Below are positions 14,532 through 26,343 of a stretch of DNA of 64,000 bases, piece by piece. Position numbers and translations under genes: made by a program. The notes under the pieces are model-generated. The model did no database searches. It was given only the letters and a program-made list of their open reading frames with translations, and was not told the DNA's origin. The stretch's first letter is position 1. The number at the start of each line of letters is the position of its first letter. The DNA is from the human T2T-CHM13v2.0 reference genome, Homo sapiens, in assembly GCF_009914755.1 (NCBI RefSeq), contig NC_060937.1; one strand, written 5' to 3'.

Positions 14532-15820
14532 ACACTCTTAGACACAAGGATCCACACAGGATTACATATTCTAGAGTCTGAGTTGTAGTAGAAGTGATGG
14601 GAACAGTGGTGAATATCTATAGCACAATATAGGATGGTGGTCGGCATGAGAAATGCTGCCTGTGTTGAGGTTTCTCAGCCAGTAGGAAGTAATCATGGCC
14701 TTTTTTATTCTTCCTGATTTCTTTTGGTCTTCTCTGAGTACCTTTTGAATAAAACACATTCACACAAGATCTCCCAAGGTCAAACAGTTATTCTCAAGGA
14801 TTGGACAGTCTAAACACATAATAAAGGACAGAGACATTTCTCTAAGGCAAATATGTCTAGCAAAGAATTTCTCTTTTCCACAGTAAATAGCCTTTTATAT
14901 TTATGCAGTATTATTTCTGGCCTTTCTTCTCATATTCTTCTGATTATCTAGACCATGCCCAGAGACCTATCTCCGCAGAAGTCAAATAGAGACTATGACA
15001 GCACTTCTTTAAATAATAGAGGCTGATAGCCCTTTGAGTATGTAAAGGTCCAGCAGAAGATGCAAGTGTGTGTGCATGTGCATGTGTGTGTGTGGTTTTG
15101 ATTCATATTAAAGTCTTAGGCAGGGCTTCCTCTCCAGTTGATTTTCTCCGTAAGCATAAATGAAGCTGTAGATAGATGTCTTCTCCCTCTGTCCAGACAA
15201 AGCCTTAGGGTCACAGATTTGCTTTTTTGGAATTTCAGTTACGTGAGTTTGGAGTAGTTTGGCTTCACTGGTCTATTTCTGTCCACGAAGACCAAAGAGA
15301 TTTATAGTAGAGTCATGGATAGAACATTCCTAGTCCAAGAGCTTGGGAGAGACTTTGATGGTTTACTTTAGAGATCATCTGGTGTTGTTCATGATCCTTA
15401 TGAGCATTCTGAACCGATCTTCATGTTCAGGGAAACTCCATTACCTTGTTTCATAGGGAATCTTCTGATGGAGCTGGCTCCAAGGCTTCCCTTTTCTCCT
15501 ATAATTATTTTCAGCTCTTGAGGAAGTACCAGACCTGTCTTGGTACACACGAAGATTTCAAGGCCATGCTGAAGCTGTGAAGACCAGCCAAGAACTTCAT
15601 TTCATAGCTGTTTGTAAGGTTTCTTCACATTGTGTAGAGGTGAGGGTGAGGTTCGCTTAAGATCACTGGGCTCTTACAATGGAGGCCCAGATTAACAATA
15701 ATGGTAAATCTAGGAATACAACTTGGTCTCTTATCTCCAGGCCAGTCAGTCCTGTACTCTTTAATCCTTTCCTTTAAAAAATGTTTTTGAAAATTTTATT
15801 GTGGTAAACATGAGATCTAC

Positions 15821-16174
15821 TGTATTAGTCCGTTTTCACACTGCTGATAAAGACATACCCGAGACTGGGAAGAAAAAGACGTTTAATGGGACTTATAGTT
15901 CCACATGGCTGGGGAGGTCTCAGAATCATGGTGGGAGGTGAAAGGCACTCCTTACATGGTGGCAGCAAGAGAAAATGAGGAAGAAGCAAAAGCAGAAACC
16001 CCTGATAAACCCATCAGATCTCGTGAGACTTATTTACTATGACGAGAAAAGCAGGGGAAAGACCGGCCCACATGATTCAATTACCTCCCCCTGGGTCCCT
16101 CCCAGAACACATGGGAATTCTGGGAGATACAATTGAAATTGAGATTTGGGTGGGGACACAGCCAAACCATATTG
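15821..16174. mobile_element. THE1C-like solo LTR
   Basis: THE1 consensus with TSD TCTAC at 15816-15820 and 16175-16179. Confidence 0.9.
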
Positions 16175-16197
16175 TCTACCCTCTTAACATATATATA

Positions 16198-16502
16198 TTT
16201 TTTTTTTTTTTTTTTTTTTGAGACAGGGTCTCACTCTGTCACCCAGGCTGGAGTGCAATGGCACAATCTCAGCTCACTGTGACATCTACCTCCCAGGTTC
16301 AAGCCATCCTCTCACCTCAGCCTTCCAGGTAGCTTGGACCAGAGTTGCACGTCACCACACCTGGCTAATTTTTGTATTTTTTTGTAGAGACGAAGTTTCG
16401 CCATGTTGCCCAGGCTGGTCTCGGACTCCCAAGCTCAAGCAATCCGCCCACCCCAGCCTCTCAAAGTGCTGGGATTACAGGCATGAGCCACCGCACTCAG
16501 CC
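16198..16502 (-). mobile_element. AluJ-like
   Basis: Alu consensus in reverse with a (TA)n/poly-T tail. Confidence 0.9.
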
Positions 16503-16743
16503 AATATATTTTTAAGTGTACGATACATTATTGTTGACCATAGATATTATTCTTTCCTTTTTGAAGCTAAAATATTACTGCTATCCACCTTGTAGTCATA
16601 GAATAGGGGAATGAAGGGGTTATTATAAAAATTGTAGTTTAAACTTCTATAGGAAGTATAAATTTCCTCTAATGTATGGGTTGTTTCCTCTCTGAGTCCA
16701 ATTTCAGAATGTAAACAAGAATTGCAATTACAATTCTAAAGTA

Positions 16744-17071
16744 CAGATGGTCCTCCAACTTACGATTTTTTGACTACGATGATGCAAAAGAGATGCACAT
16801 TTAGCCAAAACCGTACTTAAGAGTATCCATACAACCATTCTTTCACTTTCAGTACAGTAGTCAATAAATTACATAAGATATTCAACAACTTATTATAAAA
16901 TAGGCTTTGCATTAGATGATTTTGCCCAACTGTAGGCTAATGTACGTGTTGTGAGGATGTTTAAGGAGGCTAGACTAAGCTATAATGTTTGGTAGGTTAA
17001 ATACTTAACAATATTTTCAACTTATAATGGGTTTATCAAAAGTAACCCCATCATAAGTTGAGGAGTATCTG
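16744..17071. mobile_element. MER47A-like Tigger/Tc-mariner MITE
   Basis: TIRs CAGATGGTCCTCCAACTTACGAT / ATCATAAGTTGAGGAGTATCTG flanked by TA. Confidence 0.85.
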
Positions 17072-18580
17072 TATTAATAATATAGTGCATACTGTGCTTA
17101 AATATTTTTCCCTGCCTTTTTAGCAAAACAATTTGAATTGATAGTAAGGTTATTTCTCTTACCAAATAAAGTTAATGAGAGATCAGGTGGAAATTCTTTA
17201 CCAAAACATAAACAAACACACACACACACAAATAAATGTATTTTAGGGAAAACTGGACTTGACTATTTTTATCTTTGATTATCCTTACTAAAGATATCCT
17301 ACGGGAAACACAGACTTTATTTTTTTTTCGTTTCATGGGCTTCAGGAAGAGAAGCTTAGTAAACATACATTCTCTCCTTCCTCTTTCCCAGAAGCTGCAA
17401 TAGTTTATTTTAAAGCTAATTCTAGGGTAGGTCCTTTTGATCTCACTGCTATCACTTAGAGAATTATAATGTGGTTTTGCAATTCTAGCTAGAATGGGGG
17501 ACCTTTAAAAAAGGTCTTGGATTTATGTTAAATGATTTTAGTTCAATGATAGGAAACCCCTCTACTTGTTAAAAAAAAAAACACAAAAACCTCAAAAAAA
17601 GCTCTTAAGATCTTTATAGTAGGAAGAAAACAACCAACTGCTTTTCAAATTATGGGGTTGGTCCCATGTTTTGAAAGTTACCATCTCAGTTGATCTCTTA
17701 ATGAGATGTCTGTGTACATGAGACAAAGGTCGATAAGAACTTGAGGGCTTCTCATCTATCCCTTCTCAGTTAACAATCCAGTAGCTTCAGAAGACAAATT
17801 TAGGACCCTTGCCTTTGTCCACTGGGTGAAGCATTCATCATCCTAAAGCTGCACTGGAAACTTCCTGGAGGTTTGTCTTCTTTTTGGAGGAATGTTCTGA
17901 TATGGGATTCACTTTGTTTTTCTCCTTTTGCTTTCTGGTGCATACATGTTTTCCCTCTTATGTTCATTTCTTAATCATTATCTGTAACATTTTGGCTTCC
18001 TTTTCCTCTGGCTTTGATTTCCAAGTATGGAATTGAACCTTCTTGTCTGAATACCATTATGTAAGTACTGACAACATCACATCTTTTTATTACTGACACT
18101 GAAGGATGTATTTTTTGTGGGTAGAAATGGGGTAGAGATGGGATAGGTATAATTCTTATTAAACTTATTTTTAATCTACCTTCTAGTCCTTCTTTGTGTT
18201 AACTAAGCTGTCATATAAGCATGAGAAATACACACATAATCCATATATTGGTTATTTCTGAACTTATAAGGGCAGACGCTTTTTTGAATCATAACCAATC
18301 AAAGTACAAAATTCAGTTCTTTTATTAGAAGAACTCCCAGTATATCTGTTTCTTCTTTCAATTATTTCCAGCCAACAGGACCTCTTCTCTTATAATCTTT
18401 GTCCACACACCATTCAGCCCCATCCCTTCTTCCTTTACAACACAGAGTAGCCTTTTTCTGCCCAATTCATCCTAACTCCTCTCCACCCTACCCCACCACT
18501 TGCTGCAAGAAACTTGGGCCTAAGGTTCACTTTTACTGTACAAAAGCGTTTTCTAACAAAGCCAGTTTCTTTGTGTAGAA

Positions 18581-18794
18581 CAGTTGTCCTCCACAGGGGC
18601 TGATTTGCCCCCAGGGGACGTCTGGCGGTGTCTGGAAACGTTTTTGGTTATTACTTCTACTACAGGGAAACTGCTGGCTTCTAGTGGGTAGGGGCCAGGG
18701 ATCCTGCTAAACATCCTATGATGCACAGGACAATCCTCCTAACAAAGAATTATCCGACCCAGATTGTCAATTGCCTTTCTGTTGAGAGACCCTC
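18581..18794. mobile_element. MER20 hAT element
   Basis: GATTTGCCCCCAGGGGAC...GGCCAGGGATCCTGCTAAACATCCTA...AACAAAGAATTATCC. Confidence 0.85.
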
Positions 18795-18914
18795 CTGTAA
18801 GGAAATTCTTGTATCAGTGGCACTAAGCAATCATATTTTCTACTCTGCTGTTATCAATGCTTTATTAATTCTGTACATTAAGTTATAGGTTTTACATATA
18901 CACACTCCAGTTAA

Positions 18915-19568
18915 TAAACAGTTGTTGAATACTAGATATGTGTCAGGCACCAAGCCAGGCACTCTTAAATTGCTTATGGTTCAGTGAGGAAAAGAGGCAA
19001 TATAATACCTTGTGAAAGGGGCTATGATTGCATAAAGAAGATATGCCTCACCTCGCTCAGGAGGATCTGCTAAGCTTTTTGATTTCTGAGAAGGAAGAGG
19101 CCTGAATTGAGCCTGGAAGAATAGGTAAGAGAAAGCAAGGCAAAGGAAGGGAGAGAAACACATTTCTGGAAAAGGGAGAAGCACAGGTCAAGTCGTGGTT
19201 AGAGAAGCAGGAAGGAGCAGATCCTGAAGGACACCACTTAATGTGCTGGCAATTGTCAGATGGTTTTTAAAGGCCACTGGGAGTCCTTTAAAGAGGGGTT
19301 AATTGGGGCAGGAGTGGGGAGTGTGTTGGTGGTTTAAGAGTTAGATTTCAAGAAGGTCATCACTGTTTCTGAAATCTAGCTGAGCGCTAATGAGAGACTT
19401 AACTAAGGTAGTAGAAATAAAATTGACAAGACAGGGAATGGGGTTGGCATGAGAGACCAAAAAGTCGTGCATGACCCTCAAATTTTAGGCATGGTACCAT
19501 TTACCAAATCAGGAAAGGCAGGAGGGGATTGAAGGTTGTGGGATGAGGTAGAAGTCAGATTTGGACAT
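18915..19568. mobile_element. Degraded L2
   Basis: L2 3'-end-like TTGTTGAATACTAGATATGTGTCAGGCAC followed by a purine-rich body. Confidence 0.55.
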
Positions 19569-19569
19569 A

Positions 19570-19885
19570 CTGTCATCCCTCAGGATTTGGGGGAATTTGT
19601 TCTAGGACCCCTGTTCATACGAAAACCTACAGATTCTCAAGTCCCTCATATAAAATGATATAGTATTTGCATAAAACCTACACAGTCTTCCCATATACTT
19701 TAAATCATCTTTAGATTACTCATATTACCTAATACAATGTAAATACTATGTAGTTATACTGTGTTTTTTAACATTTGTGTTATTTTTAATTGTTGTAATT
19801 TTTCATTGTTTCCCTTACTCCCTACACCCAGATCCATAGTTGGTTGAATCTGCAGATATAGAACCTGTAGATATGGAAACCCAGT
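19570..19885. mobile_element. MER2 (Tigger-family MITE)
   Basis: CTCAAGTCCCTCATATAAAATG...TACTTTAAATCATCT...GTTGGTTGAATCTGCAGAT. Confidence 0.85.
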
Positions 19886-20004
19886 TTTATTTTTGTATCA
19901 TACAGATTTTCTCATTTATAAAAGTAATATACATGTCTTTTGTAAAAACACTTGGAAAAAAGAGAGAAGTACAAAATCTCCACTTGGAAATAGCCACTGT
20001 TGGC

Positions 20005-20305
20005 GGCTGGGCACAGTGGCTCACGCCTGTAATCCCAACACTTTGGTAGGCTGAGGCGGGTGGATTGCTTGAGTTCAGGAGTTTGCAATCAGCCTGGGTA
20101 ACATGATGAAACACCGTCTCTACAAAAAATACAAAAATTACACCAGGCATGGTGGCATGCATCTGTAGTCCCAGGTACTCGGGAGGCTGAGGTGGGAGGA
20201 TCACTTGAGCTCGGGAGGCTGAGGTTGAAATGAGTGCCACTGCATTCCAGCCTGGGTGACAGAGTGAGACCCTGTCTCAAAAAACAAAACAAAACAAACA
20301 AAAAA
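20005..20305 (+). mobile_element. AluJ
   Basis: Alu consensus with TSD GAAATAGCCACTGTT at 19987-20001 and 20306-20320. Confidence 0.95.
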
Positions 20306-20419
20306 GAAATAGCCACTGTTAAAAGTTCAGTGATGTTTTTCCCAAATTGTTCTATGTGGCCAAAATTAAACATTTAAAAAATACAAACCCAGATAAGGTG
20401 CTTTATACACTGCCTGTTT

Positions 20420-20569
20420 TCTTTTTTCTTTTTTTCTTTTTGTATTTTTAGTAGAGATGGAGTTTCGCCATGTTGGCCCAGCTGGTTTCGAACTCCTGAC
20501 CTCAGGTGATCCACCTGCCTTGGCCTCCCAAAGTGCTGGGATTACAGGCGTGAGCCACCGTGCCTGGCC
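20420..20569 (-). mobile_element. Alu left monomer
   Basis: Only the left-arm consensus plus a T-rich tract. Confidence 0.9.
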
Positions 20570-20619
20570 TGCCTTTTTTCACTTTGCAATATATTTTAAC
20601 TCTTTCCCTGTGCCACTGA

Positions 20620-20934
<315 letters not shown>

Positions 20935-21064
20935 CTCCTTTTACATTCTTAATGACTGCACAATATCTCACTATGGAGGAACCATAATTTACTCCATCAT
21001 CTCTATTGTTGGGGGTTTTGGTAGCTTTGGGATTCTCATTCTTAACATGTCATGCTTGATGCCA

Positions 21065-21492
21065 TCACAGGTTGAGTCTTTAGAAGCTGACAGAAATGGC
21101 ATTGGAGGTATAAGATATTAACTAGGGCTGGATCCCTGTGAAAGGAAGAGGGAAGAAGCAGGGGTGGGTGAGGGAGAAGGTGAACTGTGGTACAGTCCTG
21201 CAGCCTCAGCAGACCCCAGGGTCTACTGTAAAGGCCTATCAGTGTTGTCCCATTGGGTGGAAATGGCTGGGCTTTTATAATCTTAAGTCATTCACTGACC
21301 AGATGAGGGCTGTCCTGGGAGGGGAAGGACCTCACGTGAGGCTGCACTCTGCAGCTGAGGCCAACTTTGAAGGAGCTGATAGCTGGGGGTATCTGTTGAC
21401 CACACTCTCCAAGGCTGGGCAGCAAGTAGCAAGTCCTCCTGTGAAGCAAGTCCTCATATGACACTCCTATGGGGCATCTCTGTGTCTACCGC
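21065..21492. mobile_element. ERVL LTR16-like fragment
   Basis: CCTGTGAAAGGAAGAGGGAAGAAGCAGG...GAAATGGCTGGGCTTTTATA, typical of the LTR16 family. Confidence 0.6.
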
Positions 21493-22074
21493 CGTTACTC
21501 ATTCTGTGCATATATGTTTGCTTAGGTCCTTGGTATAAATTCCAAGAAGTGGAATTGCTGGGACAGAGTGTGGGCATTTGAAAAACTTTTTATATTTATT
21601 GCCCAGTGACCTCCCAGAAAGATTGTACCCCTTTCTCCCATCAAGAGTTCATCAGTAATGCATCAATACATGACAATTGTACTGTTTTACATTTTTAAAT
21701 ATTGAAAGGTATCTCAAATTCCTTTGAAAAATAAATACAAATTTTGATGTTTTATTGTTGTGAATTTCATCTCAAACTCCTAAGGCAGGTGCTGTACCTT
21801 TCTCTATAGAGCTGTAGAAATCTTTCCAGAAGGGTAAAACATTCTAATGACTGATATTAGGAGGCAAAGAATTATATTTGGGTCTTCTGAGTTGCAAACT
21901 TTCAACATTAAAGAGGCCAAGCAGTGATTGGTGCCTGAGCTGACTTGAAACAGGATTTGCAAAACCCTCCAGCCTTTCCATATAACTATTTGAACAAATA
22001 CATGAAATCTCCATTTTTTAGGAAAAATCTGACACACTGTTAGAAAGAGAGACCAAAGGGAAATAACCTTCAAC

Positions 22075-22265
22075 CTTCATTTATTGAGTGCCTACTCTAT
22101 GCTAAGCAATGCCTTGGGCTTTTATATCCACCATCATATTTAATTCTCACAACAATCCTTTGAAGTATTATCCATTATTCAGATGAAGAAATTGAAGCTT
22201 AGTGATTCTGGTAGCTTGCTAATATTGTAAGGCATTCAGATCCCCAAGGCTGTGCGCTTCTTAAC
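22075..22265 (-). mobile_element. MIR
   Basis: TTTATTGAGTGCCTACT...TTTAATTCTCACAACAATCCT...CAGATGAAGAAATTGAAGCTT. Confidence 0.75.
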
Positions 22266-22479
22266 ATTCTGGGCTGCCGCCCCCAAAGCTAGTTACACAG
22301 CAGCAGCTTTAAATAGTGTAATGTATGTATATATTAACTCTAATAATAATAATTCTTGTGAAGCTTGCAGAATGTCCTACTGGACTGAATAGTGCATAGG
22401 ATTCAGCATCTAGAATTTTAAAATTTTGTGTCACTTATAACATCTAGCACATATGAGGTATTCACTAATTACTTAAAAG

Positions 22480-22783
22480 TTTTTTTTTTTTTTTTTTTTG
22501 TGATGGAGTCTCGTTCTGTTGCCCAGGCTGGAGTGCAGTGCCGTGGTCTCGGCTCACTTCAACCTCTGCCCTCCTGGGTTCAAGTGATTCTCCTGCCTCA
22601 GCCTCCCAAGTAGCTAGAATTACAGGTGGCTGCCACCACACCTAGCTAACTTTTTTTGTATTTTTAGTAGAGACCGGGTTTCACCATGTCGGCCAGGCTG
22701 GTCTTGAACTCCTGGCTTAGTGACCCGCCCGCCTCGGCCTCCCAAAGCGCTGGGATTACAGGTGTGAGCCACTGTGCCTCGCC
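22480..22783 (-). mobile_element. AluS
   Basis: Alu consensus with TSD ACTTAAAAGTTTT. Confidence 0.95.
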
Positions 22784-23456
22784 GCACTTAAAAGTTTTTG
22801 AATAGCCGACAAGAGAGAAATATCTTTCCATTTTCTTTCATCATTCCATTTTCTTTTGGGGTTTGGCCTGATCAGAGTGCAGCCAAGAGGCAAAGAGATG
22901 GTTCAGTCAGTGGCCTCCCTTTCAGCAGGAACAGTTGTATTCCTGAAGCTTGCTCATCAGCTTTTCTAAACGGACCCACAGACTAGAGATAGTGCCAATA
23001 AAAAGTAGTTGAACAAAAATGAGCCTAACAAACAAAAACCATCACCCCAATACGGAAGAATGTGGGTGGTGAACTGTTTACTCAGAAGAGATAGGTTCCA
23101 ATCTAGCTTTTAGAGCTAACTTCCAGAGCACAGGAAGTACAGAAAGAAGAGAAATATGTTGAAGACACCACAAAGAAGCCTAAGATAAATCCAGAAGACA
23201 GCCTGGTTTTTTCAATAAGGCAATGTCATTCCAAAAAAAGGGGGAGTGTGGAGGAGGAGGAGTCTCTTTTGGGTTAAAAAAAGATGTGCTAAAATGCAAT
23301 GGGTGGTCATGGATTGGATCCTGGTCTGAGTAAGTCAGCTGTAAAAGACATTTTTGGGTCAGTTGGAAGAATTTGATATGAGTTGATAATTATTGTTAGT
23401 TTTAGTTAGGTGTGAAAATAGCATTATGTTTATTTATGTTTATGTAGGAACGTGTC

Positions 23457-23720
23457 TTTTCTTTTTTTTTTTTTTTTTTTTGAGACGGAGTCTCGCTCTG
23501 TCCCCAGGCTGGAGTGCAGTGGTGTGATCCTGGCTTACTGCACCCTCTGACTCCCTGGTTCAAGCGATTCTCCTGCCTCAGGCTCCCAAATAGTGCCACC
23601 ACGTCCAGCTAATTTTTTTTTTTTTTTTGGATTTTTAGTAGAGACAGGGTTTCACCATGTTGTCCAGGATGATCTCAAACTCCCGACCTTGTGATCCACC
23701 CGCCTCTGCCTCCCAAAGTG
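23457..23720 (-). mobile_element. Alu, partially deleted
   Basis: Alu consensus in reverse lacking the 5' ~30 nt. Confidence 0.9.
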
Positions 23721-23797
23721 GGAGAGTGTCCTTTTAAAAATGATATGTATATTGTACCATTTAGGGGTGAAATCTCCTATCTTTAAAACTCTCCACC

Positions 23798-24670
<873 letters not shown>

Positions 24671-25445
24671 GTAAATACAATTTAAAAAATTAAAAAATAA
24701 AACCCTCCAGCAGAAAAGGTGATACATAAGGCAAAAGGCAAACAGTTGTTAAATACAGACGCTAGGTTTTAGATAGTATTCTACTAGTCTCTGCTCTGTA
24801 TCTGACGTTTTTCTTCATAAAAACAACCAGAAAAATAAGAACAAGAGTTTGCTTTCGTTTCAGCAGAGTAAGAACCGGTCTTTGTCTTCCGCCAAAGATG
24901 AAGCCATCAACCTGTGGCCTGGATAGTGCCTCAGGAGCGTGGAGTGAGGGACCAGGGAGCTCAGACAGATGAGTAGGCTCCTTTGTGGAGACCTGATTTG
25001 AGCACTGGTGTGAAAAAGACCCGCGCAAGCCGACCCGTGTGCCTCCCGCCCCGCCCCCAACCCCCCGGCCCTGCACACCTACCCAGGGCCGCGGCGGATA
25101 CCGCATAACCTGCCACCTCGCTGTCCCCTGAGTGTCCTCAAACCACGAAGGGTGGGAATTTTGACGCTCACCGCGAGGGCGATCATCAAACGGCCTAAAC
25201 TGGGCTGAGCGGGCGGGAAGTGGGGAATGCAAGGAACCCTCCAGCTTGCTCGAACCCTCAGCCGCGAGCCGGGGTGGAGGGGCAGGGACCCTCCTTCCAC
25301 CGCACCCACCTGGAAGCCGGGCGGAGCGGGGCCGAACTCCGCCGGGGGGAAGCGGCAGCACGTGCCAAGGCCACGACCCTCCTCTGCCGCCGGGAGGGCC
25401 CGGCCGCCGCAGGGGGCGGGGAGCGTGGGAGGGGACGGCGCTCAC

Positions 25446-25650
25446 CTGGCGGCTGGGCCGGATCGCGGCGGGAGAGCGGGTAGCGGGCTCAGCTGGCCGG
25501 GGCTCAGGTGAGGGCGGCGGGCCGCGCTCCCCAGCGGGGGAGGTTTCTTGGCCGGGAAAGGTACAATTGTGTGCAGCTATTTCTGGTATGTCAAGCGGGC
25601 CGGGCGGCCGCGAGCCGGGAGGGGCGCCGCTCTCAGGGGCCCGGGAGAGG
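25446..25650 (-). ncRNA. LMO7-AS1: Probable first exon of antisense lncRNA LMO7-AS1 (5' end uncertain)
   Basis: Strong minus-strand donor CAG|GTGAGC (plus-strand GCTCACCTG at 25440-25448) inside the CpG island. The lncRNA is from recall. Confidence 0.45.
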
Positions 25651-26274
25651 GCAGGGGCCAGGCGGGCGGGTGCGGGAAGGATGCGGGCGCGGGGGCGCAT
25701 CCTCTCGGGGCGGAGCCGCGGGCTGTGCGGGAACCCCAGCGGGGCCCGGGCCGCGGCCCCTGGCGGACTGTGGCATCTCCCGGGCCAGACAGTCTGACCA
25801 CAGAGGCGGCCGCGGCCGGGAGCCCGGGGAGCCAAGGGAGGGGCAGACGGAAGCGGCGACTCGGCGGGCCCCGGGAGGGCGGTGGGGTGGGCCGGGGCGG
25901 GGCCACCGCGGGGAGGACGGCGGCGGCGCTGCGACTTTTGAAGTCCAAACTGTCGTCGGGGCTGGTGCCGCGCGCTGCCGCTGGGCACCCGCTTCGCTTC
26001 CCGCGTCCTGCCTGACTGCCCGGGTCCCCGCGGGCCTTGGGTCGCTTTCAGGAGTTTAGAGAAAGCCAGGTCTTCACGTTCGTGTAGGTTCGAGACCTTA
26101 ACGAACTGCAGAGCGCAACAAAGGGAACTAGAGCCCCGGCGCCTTCGCAGCCGGAGCGGAAGCCGGAGTTGTGGGAGGCCCGCGTGCCCTCCCCGCCCGT
26201 GGGGCCCAGACGCGCGGGGACAACCCCTCCCCTCCACGCATCCCGAGTCTCTCTCTCCCTCCCTTGTCCTAGCC

Positions 26275-26343
26275 ATGGAAGGGCTGGAGGAGGCAGAGGC
26301 CAACTGCTCCGTGGCGTTCGCTGAGGCTCAGAGATGGGTGGAG
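26275..26343 (+). CDS. LMO7: LMO7 proximal first coding exon (MEGLEEAEANCSVAFAEAQRWVE, start of the calponin-homology domain)
   Basis: Strong Kozak GCCATGG, 69 nt, donor GAG|GTGAGT in phase 0. The peptide matches the LMO7/LIMCH1-type N-terminus (AFxEAQxWxE). Confidence 0.95.

Noticed and set aside
25079-26059. Several overlapping 76-183 aa Gly/Arg/Pro-rich ORFs
   Set aside because: Expected from stop-codon depletion in a CpG island; no domain is recognisable
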